Source: Podarcis tiliguerta
Lineage: Eukaryota
Reading direction: 5' to 3' (one strand)
Length of the DNA stretch: 64,000 nt
Assembly (NCBI GenBank): GCA_965153285.1
Contig: OZ229116.1
Below the pieces are notes generated by a model. It saw nothing but the letters and a program-made list of their open reading frames with translations. It ran no database searches and was not told where the DNA came from. Numbering within the stretch: the stretch's first letter is position 1; the number at the start of each line of letters is the position of its first letter. A program made the translations under genes and the position numbers. Below are positions 9,218 through 24,030 of this stretch, piece after piece.

Positions 9218-12108
9218 ATACCGTATTTTTCGCTCTATAACACGCACCCGACCATAACACGCACGTAGTTTTTAGAGGAGGAAAATCCGTAGGCATGCCA
9301 CCCATAGGCATTCCCTCCGTAACATGCACAGACATTTCCCCTTACTTTTTAGGAGGAAAAAAGTGAGTGTTATGGTGCAAAAAATACGGTAGTTACTTAT
9401 CTCTTTGGCTCAGGGGTCGCATAACTCCAGACCCTCCAATTTACCTCCGATAAAAATAGGGACGTCCTACCATGTCCTCCATTCTGGCATTCAATCAGAA
9501 ACTGGAACAGCTTCTGTAAATCCACGGCTGTCTCTGGAATTATAGGGACACTTGGAGGGTCTGTAATAAGTGTGTTTAGGGTTGCAGCCTTAGGAACTGG
9601 CAGGCTGGTTTGCAGGAAGAGGTAATTCAACAGCCCCCCAAAATGTCATTTACTGTCACTAAAATTGCTGTGAAAGCTTTTTTTGGTTAAGCGTTCAGAT
9701 TGGAGCAACACATCTGCCTCTTTTCCCTTTTAGTGATTTATGGTAGTAAAAAGGAAAATGAAATGATAAAAACCCAAACATATGGACCACCTACAAATAG
9801 TGGCAAATTGCCGGAGAAAGGGCTAAAGCTATAATTCAACATTAGCAGCAATTCTATAGTCGTTCTCTTGCTAGTAGGGCCTCGTTTGCATGGTGAGTGA
9901 TTATTATCTTTGTTTTTGTCACCTCATTCTTCATCGCAGCCATGCCTGTAGGCTTCTCTAGCATATATAGAAGGTGCTCTATTATGGTCTTTTGTATAAA
10001 TTAAAATGTCTCAGCTGCTTCTCGGAGTACGCTTGAAGGCCACAGAATTGCTGTTTTGATTCTCTTGCACTTGTGAAAATACACTCCTGCATATCCTTCC
10101 TTGAAGAATTCAAGTAAGCTTCCGTACATGCAAAAGCTGAAAAATAGCAGTATCGACGTTGGGAGGGAACTATTTCATAAGATTTTACTGAACCACGTTG
10201 TTTAATTGTAGGTTGAGATTACTCTGGGAGAAGCCTCCCTACACCCACATCCAAACAAGGTTGATTTCCCCTCTTGTCAATTCTACTTGAATCAGTGCAT
10301 GGTGACCAGTCATGTGTAGATGTTCACCACATGCCTTGGCTCCAGAAAGCCCTTGAACAGTTGCATCACAAGCAGTACACAGCTGCTGCAGGGCACGGAC
10401 ATGTCTGAATGTGCAATGAACATATGTGAATGATTGATCATGATGCCCTGCTTCACATAGGCTGGCAGAACAAAGTCAACCCACTTTCTAAAAAGTCCCC
10501 TTTCTGTCCCACCCACCCTTCAAAAGTTGTGTGAATAGGACTGTCACTGTCTGGTCTACACACGGATTGTCAGACTCCTCATCTACCAAATGTTCAGGAG
10601 CAATGCTTGCATTAAAAAAAACACACAAAAAACATTACAGTGGTGCCTCGCAAGACGAAATTAATTCGTTCTGCGAGTTTTTTCGTCTTGCGAATTTTTC
10701 GTTTTGCGAAGCACGGTTTCCCATAGGAAATGCATTGACGGTTTCCCATAGGAATGCATTGACGGTTTTAAGAAAAAGGCGCAGGACGTTTTTGTCTTGC
10801 GAAGCAAGCCCATAGGGAAATTCGTCTTGCGAAGCAACTCAAAAAACAAAAAACTCTTTCGTCTTGCGAGTTTTTCGTCTTGGGAGGCATTCGTCTTGCG
10901 AGGTACCTTTGTATTTGACACCAACCTGCCTCAATGTGACGCTAACACTGGAGAAAATAAGAAGTTTTCCTGCACCCCTGGCAAAGCGTGTTCTCCTTCA
11001 TGGAGAGCACGTGTTGCGGTGGGGGCCGCCAGGACACTCCAAAGTTGGGGGCGGGCTAATTGTTTGTTGGCCACTGATGCGATTGGGGCTTCCCTTGTTG
11101 TTGGGATGAAGTTAATGTTGCCATTTGTTGATTGACAGCCAGAAATGCTAAAACTCCTTGCATGAGGCTAGGGCTTCGGATCCGACCGTGCATCGGATTG
11201 ATCACAGCGAAGGGAGACGGTTGTATTTTTCTACTAATTACCTTGTGTCTTTGGCCTGCTTTAATTGTGTTAGCTTCTATTTAATTGATATTTTAGTCCT
11301 ATTAAATTTTCTTTTTTCTGTGTAATATTTTCTTTTACTTTTACTCTGCTTTCCCACCCCCCTTTTTGGTCTTTAATTCTCATTGGAAACATTTATGTCT
11401 GGCCTAGCAGGTGATTCTAGGGCTTTGCTTGAGAATTTGATGGCCTCTGGCAGCGATTATGGCCTGAATAGCGTCCCCATGTGGTGCACGAAGGATTGGT
11501 TTCACTGGTTCCTCACATTGTTTAGTTTTTTGCAGACTATGGCCTTTGCAGATGCCTCCAGAGCTTGTCTCTCCTGCAGAGGATGACTTGCTGATGCCCC
11601 AGGTGCCTTCCTCTGGAAGAAAGCGTCTTCAGAGGCGGCGATCTAGGAGAGGAGGGCAAAGAAGAGCAGAGATGATTCTTACACTTCCTCACAGGTACTT
11701 CATTCCTGGGCTCTGATGATGATTCAGGCGTCACCTTGGACCTCTATGGGGTCAGGGTGAGGCTGTCCCGGGTCTTTAAGGATCATCCTGGTTAGCTCAG
11801 CGGGTCAGCATGTGGTGCCAGTAATGCCTAGGCTGCAGGATTGGTCCCTGTATGGGACAGCTGCATGCTCCCCCATCGTTCTACCTGGACAGAAGCCTGG
11901 TTGCAGGGGGCCGGGCAGAGGGCCTTCTCGGTGGTGGCACCTGTCCTGTGGAGAGCCCTCCCACCAGATGTCAACTACCAGACATTTAGAAGACATCGGA
12001 AGGAAGCCCTATTTAGGGAAGCTTTTATTGTCTGATGCATTACTGCATTTTAATATTTTGTTGGAAGCCACCCAGGGGAAGCCCAGCTAGATGGGCGGGG
12101 TATATTTA

Positions 12109-12152
<44 letters not shown>

Positions 12153-15100
12153 GGGAGTGGACTAGAAGATTGTTGGTGTCCCTTCCAACTCTACGATTCT
12201 ATAAGTAGCAATTCACTATGATGGGAATGTTAGACCCAGGGCTGCCATCATCCCCACAGCTTGCTGGGATCGCAGGGATGGGGACGTGTGGACCACTTGC
12301 GCAGCTTTACATTTCAAATGGAAATTCCCTGAGCAGTAGAACCTGAAACTGGTGTGCAGGAAGCTGGCCCGGCGGCAGCTTTGTTGTTTAGGGGTTCTGG
12401 ACAGCGTCAGCCCTGTAAATTCACACATCTTGGTGGCAGCACAAGACGCCCCCTGCCCAAGCGGGGGCTGGGAGCTGGCAAGCAATAGCTCCTTATCTCT
12501 GGCCCATATTCCCATAAAATTATCTCCCTTGAAAGCCTGGCTAAAAGGTTATCTAGATGGGTCAGCGACTTTGTGCTTGTGGGAAGGGTTTTCTCAAGGT
12601 TTAGGATTCCTCTGGCTTTTCAGCCAATGGCTGAATCACAGCAAATCAAAAGTCAGTTAGAGAGCCACCTAAGGTAGCCAGAAAGAAGGTTAGGAAGCAG
12701 CTTGCATTGGGACGTATGGTGGGACCCCTAAGAAAGCCCCATATAATTCCATCTGATCCTTATTTATCGCATCCCAAAGGCACCTCAGTGAATGACGCTA
12801 TACTTAAGGAATTGTTCCGCGAAGTTCACATCTTTGGAGCAGGCGGTTGAGCTTGCCACAAAATTGGAAGAGGTGCCTTGTTGGCAATATGCTGTATTGA
12901 ATTGGCTGTTAGGCTGCTGCTGGTTCACCAGCGAGATTTTAAGTGGTTGGGCTCCTTATATTGATAAGGCAATACTGATGGCTTGCGCAATAGACTGTGC
13001 AGCACTCCAGTCCTTTAGTGCCTTTCTGGATTGAACAGTGCGAGTCTATACTCATTTAACTGGGGGTACCATTTTTTGGATTATTTTACTGGCTGGTTCA
13101 TGTGACACCAGCCTCTGTGTAGGCTTGCTAGACACCCTTTATTCCTCTGAGGAGCTGGGTGTTTCATAGGCAGTAACGTATTTGTGGGTTAGCTGGATAC
13201 CGTTGCTCAAACATCTGCTTGCCTGTGGTGAAGCTGTTTGCCTTCAAGGAAGTTATTCTTGTTATACTTCTTCTGAAGCAAGCGTTGCTTTGTCAAATCC
13301 TATCATTTGCTAGGTCAGTTAAATTTTGCATGCAGGGTGGTTGCTCCAGGCTGCCCCTTCCGTTCCTGCTTGGCCAGGTTGTCTCATGGCCTGAGGTCCC
13401 TTCTTCATCATGTACACTGGGCTTGAGCCTGGCAGGGCAAGCCAATCATTATTTAGGGATCCAGATGGTTATTGTTGCTCAAACATACCGCTTGCCTATG
13501 GAGAAGCTGTCTGCCTGGAAGGAAGTTATTTTGTAATACTTCTTCTGAAGCAAGTGATGCTTCATCAGATCCAATCTTCCTGGGTCGTTTAATTAAATAT
13601 TGCATGCAGATTGGTTGTCCCAGGCTGCCCCTTCCGTTCCCACTTGGCCAGGCTGCCTGAGGCCCGAGGTCCCCTTACCTTTGTGTACGCTTACATGGCA
13701 GGATACCTTGAACCTGCACAGTGATTTTCAGGTTCATGCTGATGCTGCTGGCTCTTAGGCCTTTGGTTTTTATTTCAGGGGCTGTTCATTGGGGACTGTA
13801 GAAAGAATTAAGAACATGGGCCGTTGGAAGTCCAATGCATTTTGTGGATATGTGCATAGACATCGTTGATCACCCATACTTATATTTGCTTGTCTTCTCT
13901 TAGGTGTGGCTGCTGTTCGCATTGTGGGCCACAGCATTGTCTACTGGGCCGGTATCAGAGCAAGGGAGTCTGGACTTGGACTCAGTCTTGGCTTTCCTCA
14001 ACACGCGCAAGTGTCTTGGCTGTCCAGGCGTGGAATGCTGTGGGCTGAATTGCTTCCCCTTGTTCGGAAGCATGTGAGGTTGGAGGGCCCCCCTACAGCT
14101 ATCGTGCTGCAGTTAGGGGGAAATGATCTGCTTGCCACGGACTGTTGTTATTTACATTTTACAGTTCAAAAGGACCTGGCTGAATTGGCAGAGTTTTTGC
14201 CGGGTGTGAAAGTTTTTGGTCTCAGTTGCTGCAGAGACGCACCTGGTGTGGCAGTCGCTGTCCAGCCGCCACTGATGGAGCCAGAAAGCGTGTTAATAAG
14301 GTGGCAATGAAAGCAGTCATTGCTCATGGTGGTTCTGTGATTGCGCACCCCGATATCACCTTCAAGGCGGCCGTCCTTTTCAGGGACGATGGTGTGCATC
14401 TTTCCCCGTTGGGAAATGACACATGGTTAAATTCTGTTGTGTGGGTTTGAAGGTGGGGCTGCAGTTGTGAGTGGTTGGCGGCGAGCTTGAGTGCTCGGTG
14501 GCGGTTAGGCATTGGTTTATGGTTTGGTTGGTTGAGGGGAAGTGGGTGAGTGCCTGCCCTTGGTAGGTTGAGTGCCTGCCCCTCTAATGCTGCTGCTGCA
14601 AGGGATTCCATTAAAGGAATTGGGGGCTAACTATTGCTTGTCCACTCTGTCAAGGGGGCTCGGGCCATAGCAATGAGCTCCTGGTTGCATTTGGGGTGAG
14701 GGCAGGTTCCCTGCTCCACGTAACCCCCAAGTGTATTCCCCAATTCTGACTTTCGCATCGTGCGGAATGTCAGTCTGTCCCCCATGGTGGGGGCAGATAG
14801 TCGCAACCAATGCCTAAGCAACCACTCACAAATTTGTATTTCAATAAAGTTGTGGCCAAAATTATGCCAAAAATCTTAAACAAAAAATTCTGTGTGATGT
14901 GTGAGTTATTGGGGTGGCCCTGGGGACCTCGACACGCAAGGAACCTGTTATTAAAACTTTCATACAGCATGTATTTAATAATAAAAAGTCGTATATACAT
15001 GTGGCGTCCTGGGTACTGTGGACCCAGGAGCTAGCTTTTCTGCTCCCCCAAAAGCAATCTATCAAAACACGTATATTAGTTTTACATGCCACCTAAAGCA

Positions 15101-16217
15101 ATCTCTGAGAGATGCCAGGGGTTCCAGGCACTTACCCAGGGTTTGTGTTTCCTTTGGAATGAGGTACATTGGAGACTCTAGTGTCTTTAGGATTTATGGT
15201 TTATTTACATTTATATACAACCTGAGCCTACGATGGAGGGACTCACAGCATTAACACCCCGAAGAGAGTTTAGCTTCTCCTGTAGCCACAGCCTTTGATT
15301 GAAACAGGAATCAAACATTGTTCTATCTCTGGTTCAATCCTGGGTTTTGGCAAATAGTCGCCCCTGTTAGTGGTGCAGCTTCTGGCATATTTGCCAAGCT
15401 AAAAAGGTCTGGTATGGTTTCAAATTGGATGGGGGACCACATGTTGAGATTCCTGCATTGCAGGGCGTTGGACTAGATGACCCTCGGGATCCCTTCCAAT
15501 TCAACAATGATATGATTCTAGCTGACATCACTTTATGTTCAACTCTGGCCTTTCTCCTCTGACAGCCCAACCATTTGTTATCTGGCACAGATCAACTTTT
15601 TTCCCCATAGAGCTGGAACTAAATATGATGTCGTAGCTCTGTGTTTGCCATCTCAGGCTTAGATTTTAGGCTTTCTCTAGAAGATTTTACAAAGATTTCT
15701 CTTTGCTTATCATATTTGTCTAATTTACTCATCTATATAATTTATCACAGATCTGTTTAAGTCACAGGATTGGATTGTTCCTTCGATGGAGTTACATTAT
15801 GTCCACTTCATAACCAACATTGTCCTGAGAAGATAATTTGAAACAAATAAATAACAGTCATGCTTTGTTATAATGCCACAGAATAGAAAGGCTGGCAATG
15901 GATATAAATTCTGGGGTTTTTTTTGGGGGGGGGGGTTGCAAAACATTGCTGTTCATCTATGGCAATCATAGCGAGTGCATATGTCAACAAAAACACAAGA
16001 AAATCAGTAATATGCAATTATTCAAATACCCACATCTTTACAGTGGTACCTCGGGTTAAGAACTTAATTCGTTCCAGAGGTCCATTCGTAACCTGAAACT
16101 TCTTAACCTGAGGTACCACTTTATCTAGTGGGGCCTCCTGCTGCCGCCACACCACCGCTGTGTGATTTCTGTCCTCATCCTGCAGCAAAGTTCTTAACCC
16201 GAGGTAATATTTCTGGG
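9218..16217 (+). repeat. ~7.0 kb near-identical direct duplication, copy 2; contains second copies of all elements annotated in 46-7046
   Basis: Identity starts at the TA plus left TIR of a MITE and runs to the base matching the gap edge of copy 1. Confidence 0.97.
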
Positions 16218-16255
16218 TCTGTAACCTGAAGCGTCTGTAACCCGAGGTACCACTG
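16041..16255. mobile_element. Tigger/pogo-like MITE (CAGTGGTACCTCGGGTT family)
   Basis: Perfect terminal inverted repeats with TA flanks. Confidence 0.9.
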
Positions 16256-19200
16256 TATTGGCTTATAGGTTCATAGAATTGGGCCCTCAGTAAAAAATGC
16301 ATTTTAAGTATAATTTAGCTGAAGTCATGCTTTGGAAGGGATTCAAGATGTACCGACCGTCCAATCAAAATTAATTTTGGTTTGGCTGAAAACTTATTTT
16401 TAAACTTTTTCATTTTGAATATTAAAAATGGGAATACTTACTTAGTATTCTATATATTGAACAAGCGGTATACAACAGAAATGCAGAAATAATTTTAAAT
16501 GTTCATTCAAGAGGAATTTTTGTAGTTCGGAACTTTGTCATGATTTGGCAGATTCGTGTGGGTTGCTAAAGGCAATGCTAAAAGCAAGCAACATGTAAAC
16601 TATTTTGCAGAGAGCCGCCTTTAATAGAAATTGTGCCTTTCCCATTTCTCTCCAGGAGGCACCCTTTGAGTCAGTCTTCTTGTGTTCTTAACTCAGTAAA
16701 GGCAATAAATTCAGGTGAGCCACTTGAACCCTCTGAGTTGTTTTGATGTCCATCTTTACCCCTAAATCCCCCCGGCCCCCGACTAAAAGAAGCCGTTTAC
16801 TGTTTGCAGTAAATGCCATGCCTTTGATTCCTACTTGGCTTTATTTTCCCAAGCTGGAAATTTCATTCCATTCTGTCAGCAGGTAAATAGCCTTAAACCT
16901 CTCATGGTTTTGTCTGAGTAAAGCGGGCCCGAAAAGCATTACATGTGTTCCAAGTTACAAGAGGCAACTCTTGCTGTGTTCAAGTGGGTCTTTCCTCTCA
17001 TTTTTGCTTCCTATTAAGGGCTCAGCCACAATGAAGCTTTAATCAGCTTCACTGATTTAAACCTAATTTGCACTTGGCCTCAAGGCTAAGGTCCGTAGCA
17101 CAACTTGAAGGCCTTTCAATCAGATGCCAGAATGAAGTGCCTTAGGTAGATCACACTCTTGTGTTCCAGGCAAAGAAGAAGAACAGGTTCCAAAGATGCT
17201 AAGTTAGTTTGTGTGTGTGGAGAACAAAGCAATTCTTTCTCCTTCATTAATATCTCCTCATTGTTGGTTTTCTACCTGCATTTGTATTTCATCATGTATG
17301 TTAACAGATCTTCTGCCCTTCAGTATTTTGTGGCTTCCACTGACGCAAGCTGCTGTTGGACAGAAAATAAAGAATGTGACAGACTAGTGATCTGGTCTAT
17401 TTTAGCAGTTTGAAAAAGTCTCACTGTCAGTATAATCATTAGATATGTGTTTCACCCTTTTTCTTATTGAGCTTGAAAAAGGGAATATAAACCTTAAGGG
17501 TTCCCCCTCCCCCTGCATCCCCCTGTCATGCACAAAAGAAATGTTTAATGTGTTTCTTTCTTTCTTGGAAAATCAGTTGTACAGTTGTGCTTTCTACTTA
17601 AAACACAAATTAGGCGTCAAGTTTGAAACTTTATTGTTTAAAGGCATGGTTGTATACTCCTGCTCCCACATTCCCACCCCACGGCCATGGATCAGTGCAG
17701 TCTAATGAACGGTATAAATTAGTGTGGAATTCCACAGCATCTGCTGAAGAGACGCCTAGAATTCCTCACCAGTGTTTCATATTTGCACCTATCCTGATGG
17801 ATCTATATTTAGTGCATGCAGCAATACAGAACAGAGGAGACAAACCAGCTCCACATAGATGGCCAAATTTTAAGTAGAACTTAAACCTGAGGGTTGCAGC
17901 TAATTTGCACATGCGTGGATATACCCCTTTGCATCAATACAGTGGTAGCTGGGACCATCTCATAAGCAATCAGGATATTTTAGATCATACTTAACAAGAC
18001 CTAGAGCAAGCATGGCCAATGTGGCATATTCCAGACTCTGTAGACAAAGCTTCCCCGCGACCCAAGTTGGCACTGCCAAAGGATAGGAATGGTCATAAAT
18101 TACACGTCAAATTAATAAAATGGCTTAGAAATCAGGACATTTTATAAGTCATGCAACTATAGAGCTGGAAGTGGGGGCAGTTTTGTTTTGACTAACCGCC
18201 TTGAGGCCCCTGGGACTAGAACCCATACAATTAATCCTGATCCATAAATGTGCCAAAAGCAGGAATGTGCAATGTGAACTGTGTTTTGTATGTAGTGAAC
18301 AATTAGCTCAAGGTATCTCAAGCAACAGCAAATGAGCTGAATAGCACACTATTTCCTCCATTGCCACATCATTATTTAGAAGGGGTGGGGAGGTGGGATT
18401 GAAACGACATGGAGTAATTTGGATTTGTATTCTAGTGTGTTAGAAGCCAGGGTGAGGTGCAGCCACATTTCCCAGTTTTTCCTCTAATCCGCTGTAAGAC
18501 CTGGAAACATATTTAAAATCAAAATCTCAATATCCTTGTAGATCCGCTAAAAGTCAGTAGGTGGAAGGCATATACCTCTAATTCTCTTTGTAATGCAATA
18601 GCCACTTAACAGTGGCATTGAGCGAGTAGTCATGAGTAGGATTGCACTGTTAATGCATTGGCAAGATACAGCGGATAGTGTTCAGTAAAGTCTTACACAG
18701 AGTAGGCCTGTTGAAATCAATAGACCTAACTTACCCATGTTCATGCATTTCCATGGGTCTACTCTGAGAAACACTTAGTTGACCTCTACCCTGTGGCAGC
18801 ATTTTCAGTTAAAGACAAAATGCAAGCGAATTTTAACTGTTTTCTAAAAAGACAACGACAGAGGAATGCTGCAAATATGTTTCATGAATGCTGAAACGCA
18901 ATATATTACCTTTTGTCAGTTTCCTTTTTTATTTTAGGTTTTAAAAAAGACATAGTATAGATTGTGCTTTTAAGGCGCGTAACTGTGGCAAATGTGTTCT
19001 TTACAATTCACTTGATAAGGAGGGGGGCGGTTTAAGGGGATTCTGCTGGCCCCCTTTTTTTTGTCTCTCCCCCAATTTATCTAAGCACAGTCAATAGAAA
19101 ATGTGTGTAGGGAGGGGCAAGCTGAAATGCATGCGATAAGGACAACTCATGCCTTTGATAGTAACACAACAAGTTCCAAAGAGGAAATCTGGATGCGAGC

Positions 19201-20287
19201 TAAATGTACGAAAGTTTTGTACGCTTATCAGAGACCAACCTCAGAAGTGATTGATGCTTCTGTATCACAAAGGTTAAGATTGTTCAGCTTTCCGGGGCTG
19301 GTTGCTATGTGATATGACAATCTGCTCTAATAAATTTGCAAAAGATGCATTGATATTTCCTCCAGGATCGAGCATTTAATTTTCGAGAACCCTCAGTGGA
19401 TATGACTTCCCAAACTTGTTCACATAGGTCTGACACAACGCTACTGCCACAACACCCAAAACAATGGAAACCAGAGATGACTGTTAAGTGTGGAACAACA
19501 TTGCCAGCTTCCACATCTCTTACCAAACTTGCTTATGTGTCAAGGTTCATGGACTGTCAGAGATTTTGAACTGAGATAACAACTCTGGTGTACACTGACA
19601 GGGAATTGGACAATAGTTCAAACACATCCCCTTTGAGTAGCTCCCAGTTCATTCCGGTTATTGTCGGTGGAACTGTGCATTGTATCCACCAGAGATAACA
19701 ACCTTGTTGTGGTGGTTTTTCAGGATAACTGACAAAGAGAAGGGAAGCAAGGCCTCTGATCTCGCCTTCTTGACTCAGATCTTGCTTGTGGATGTGGATT
19801 CACTGCAGATGAACCATTGGACACAATGGCAATACATTAGAGTAAACACGCATAGGATTGGGCTGCCGGGGAGTCCATGCGTTGGCATTCAGTTCTTCAT
19901 GACTGCAACATTATGTGATGACTTGATGTGTTTGAAAGGGATGTGTACACAGCCCTCCCTCTCCCCCCACTGAGATAGTGGTTCTCAAACTTTTCTTTTG
20001 TGGGCCAAACTTTTGACTGACCCTTCTTGACCCCCCATTTTTGTTGTCCGCCACCGCAGAGCATTTCCTATCAGAAGAGGAGCAAGTGCTGTTTCCACTA
20101 CCAATGGGATGTAGCACACGCCCCCTCCTCCGTCCTGAGAAAATCCCTGAATCCCAATTTTATTTAATTTTTTATTCCTTGGTAGATTTACAAAAAGAAA
20201 AACACACACATATAAACCAATTTTCGAAAGGGGCAAGATTAGATGCAGACACACAAAGCATTTTTTAAAAAAGTCAATACTCTTTGA

Positions 20288-20742
20288 TAACAACAACAAC
20301 AACAACAACTTTTATTTATACCCTGCCCTTCCCGGCCAGAGCCGGGCTCAGGGCAGCTAACACCAATAAAATTTCAGTAAAAACATACTAAGAAAAAAAT
20401 AAATAAATTAAAATGCAGCCTCATTTTAAAAGTCAAAACCATAAGGGGAGGAAAGCATAAGGGTCAGACTGAGTCCAAACCAAAGGCCAGGCGGTACAGC
20501 TCTGTCTTGCAGGCCCTGCGGAAAGATGTCAAATCCCGCAGGGATCTAGTCTCTAGCGACAAAGCGTTCCACCAAGTCGGGGCGAGGTTCTGAAAAGGCC
20601 CTGGCCCTAGTTGAAACCAACCTAACCACCTTGTGACTTGGGACCCCCAAAATGTTGTCATTTGTGGACCTTAAGGTCCTCCACGGTGCATACCAGGAGA
20701 GGCAGTCCCGTAGGTGCATGGGTCCTAGGCCGCATAGAGCTT
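20288..20742 (-). mobile_element. L2-clade LINE 3' fragment
   Basis: Minus-strand ORFs give ALCGLGPMHLRDCLSWYAPWRTLRS...RARAFS / APTWWNALSLETRSLRDLTSFRRACKTELYRLAF; 3' UTR and (GTT)n tail. Confidence 0.9.
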
Positions 20743-21941
20743 GGTGCTCCACTCTGCAACACTCCTCCTTTCTTCCCCCACAACCCTGCCCTTCGCCTGC
20801 CCCTCACAGCCGGTGCATCACCCAGAACCTGGCCTTGGCGGTTGCAGGCTCTCCAAGGCCAGCAGCAGCAGCCATAGAGAGGCCATGGGCAATGGGATGC
20901 TAGCGCCAGCTCATCCTTCTCCCTAAGCTCGACAGTGGTGATGCTGGCAAGGGAAACAGGGATATTCTGGCCTCAAATTAGAATCCAGGATGGCTTTTGT
21001 AATTCTGGGACTGTCCTTGGAGTATTGGCACACCGGGAGGGTAAATTATAATTTTGGGGCTCCCCACATTGGCTCCTTCACTATACAAATGTCAAAGACA
21101 CACCCTGGGTGCTTGGGGCGATGGGTGGGTAACAAATTGTGGTAATCCTACTACGAATAATGCTAACAACAGCATTTCTGATGCAACTGCACGGCACATT
21201 TTTTATTAGTCACATATCTCCATTCTTTGGTTAAGAGAGGGCATATATTTAACTCGGCACGCAAGAGCCTTCCCAGTCTTGCTGGTGTGGTGAAAGACGG
21301 GTTGATTTCAGTGGCTTGGTACACGCAGTGTGCTAAAATATTCATAGTTCACCATTTTGTAATACAGTTAACTCCATAATAAAATATTTCGACGAGAGAG
21401 TGACAGTGCGAAGCTTCTGATACAGCTAATGGGTTTGAAGAGGATTCTAATGCATTGAGAAGGGCCTGAATTGAGTTCTTGTGTGCAAAGGAGGATTATA
21501 AAATATAATTATGGAGAGGCAACAGCAGCAGCAGGCCTGAGGCAGTTCTGCTGATGTACGGGTGCTACAAACAACGTCTTTTGCTGACGAGAATGCCTAG
21601 AAATGTTATCCTGGATTGAGTTAATTGTGAGTTGCGCTACCATAAAGGGGTAGGCAACTTGATTCGTTGTTTATTAGTGATGGGGAGTGCACACGCGCAT
21701 CGCACCAGACCTGGAACAGACCTGTAAACGTCACAAAAATTGGGTGGAATGGGGTGGGGTGGGGGAAGAACAGGTTGCCTGTAGACTTTTAAAATGGTGT
21801 TTCAAATATACAAGATTTCACTTAAATGCATGGTGCCTTGGAACGTAACCCCTGAGTAAATTGGGAGTTGCCTGTATAGTTTTCCTGTCTCAAATAGCCA
21901 CAAGTGAGTGGGCTTACATAGTTCAGCAAGAGACCATGTTA

Positions 21942-22180
21942 CAGTGGTACCTCGGGTTACAGACGCTTCAGGTTACAGATGCTTCAGGATACAGACTCTG
22001 CTAACCCAGAAATAGTACCTCGGGTTAAGAACTTTGCTTCAGGATGAGAACAGAAATCGCTCGGCAGCACGGGGTCAGCAGAACGCCCCATTAACTAAAG
22101 TGGTACCTCAGGTTAAGAACAGTTTCAGGTTAAGAACGGACCTCTGGAACGAATTAAGTACTTAACCCGAGGAACCACTG
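21942..22180. mobile_element. Tigger/pogo-like MITE (CAGTGGTACCTCGGGTT family)
   Basis: TIRs with TA flanks; opposite orientation to 16041. Confidence 0.9.
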
Positions 22181-22542
22181 TACAGAACATGTCAGTAGCC
22201 TGATACTTGGTGCAGCAGAAACAGAAGGTCTGCAGTCAGGAAGAGCAGTGCCATTAACTACAAACCTCCAGATCTAGTCAATACTTGCAAGTGTGTATTG
22301 ACATATCAAATCAGGGTTCATAGTTAATGTCTCCCATTCAAACCAGTCTTCTCAGATCTCTTCCTAATCTGTACCATCACCATCTTTTATTTTTAATGTT
22401 TTTAATGATCAGGGAAGATATTTATAGGGGATCTTTTCTTCAAGGGCCAAAATGAATTGAACAGCCTTCAATATCATGCCCTTTGATTGGGGTGGGAAGC
22501 TTTGCTGCTCCACCTAAGGCAACTAATTTCACAGGCGCGCTA

Positions 22543-22693
22543 CATGGCGTAGTCAGGATTTATTTTAGGAGGGGACAGGCATTATGTTAGGGGGAGCAGA
22601 ACTGAGTTATCTGCAATGCAGTTGCTCAGTTAGTTAAGTATTTTTATTTATTTACTTGATGGGGGGCAGCTGTGCCCCCTGGCTATGCCCATG
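22543..22693. mobile_element. hAT-type MITE (CATGG..TAG termini)
   Basis: TIRs; 8-bp TSD GCGCGCTA/GTGTGCTA, differing only by CpG-type transitions; related copy at 47208-47337. Confidence 0.75.
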
Positions 22694-23678
22694 GTGTGCT
22701 ACCTGTTTTCAGATTGGCCCATTCAAGGAAAGATCACATTTTAAACACTTCAAAATTAACACCTGACTGATGATTTTGTGTGGGGAGGGATTAGCTGTGA
22801 ACCCCAATTTTGATGTACCAATACCCACTTTTAGGTGGCAGCACCAAAGCCAGGGGAAGTGGCGGAAGACAACAGAAAAAGAAAGAGGCATATGTTCTGC
22901 GGGGGATTTGATTTGGGAATGTGTATGCTTAATGGAGCTAGAAACAACCATATAGAATTGCTACAGTAAACAACCACTTTGTGAATAATGAAGTGAAAAT
23001 GAAAGAGCAGGTTGTTGAGGAAAGAAACTCTTACAGTTTTTCATTTGGAAATAGCATCGCTGTTGGAGGACTGAGTACTCAGATCAAGAACTGCAGAAGC
23101 TTTTGAGGAGGGGTGCGTGCACAGAGGAAATATAGCATGATATATAACTGCCAAATTGGAAGGAAAGGTTTTTTTAAAGAAAGAAAAGAGAAGCATACCA
23201 AGAAATGTAAATAATTCATGGCATCCAGCTGGGTTTGAAAGAAAGATCTGAGCGTTTTTGAATCTCATTCTTTCCATAGAAAGAATGAAAGGTTTGTTGT
23301 AAATTGTGAGTATCATTGATTTGGATGTAATAAAGCAAGTATTGCAGTGTGTGAATAATGCTGCTGGCTGCGGCTGACCTTGAACATTAGCCATTATCAT
23401 ACTCATCGTGGCTCCAAGGTACCCATTTTGATATTCATGCTCTGAGCACTCCCCCCCCCCAAAGGTACCCCTTTGATCACACTATTCTAAACGTGTAAGG
23501 TTGTGTGGAAAAGGATTGTGCGGCTAAAAAGACAACAAGGAGTCTTGTGGTACCTTAAAGATTAACAAATGTATTATGGCATGAGCATTCCTAGACTAGA
23601 GAGTCCACTTCATCAGACACATCAACTATTATCTTGAGTTACAGGTATGCACATTTACTTTATTTATTTGAGAAAACT

Positions 23679-24030
23679 GGAATGCAGGTGGCTCTGTGGG
23701 TTAAACCACAGAGCCTAGGACTTGCTGATCAGAAGGTCGGCGGTTCAAATCCCCGCGACAGGGTGAGTTCCCATTGCTTGGTCCCTGCTCCTGCCAACCT
23801 AGCAGTTCGAAAGCACATTAAAGTGCAAGTAGATAAATAGGTACCGCTCTGGCGGGAAGGTAAACGGCGTTTCCATGCACTGCTCTGGTTCGCCAGAAGC
23901 GGCTTAGTCATGCTGGCCACATGACCCGGAAGCTGTACACCGGCTCCCTCGGCCAGTAAAGTGAGATGAGAGCTGCAACCCCAGAGTCGGCCACGACTTG
24001 ACCTAATGGTCAGGGGTCCCTTTACCTTTA
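23679..24030 (+). mobile_element. Sauria SINE
   Basis: Full-length head, core and CCTTTA tail; closely similar to 27998 and 41986. Confidence 0.92.

Noticed and set aside
16656-16714. Candidate + strand exon (TTTCTCTCCAG ... CAG|GTGAGC)
   Set aside because: One open frame only, unrecognised peptide and no partner exons; cannot be supported without RNA data.
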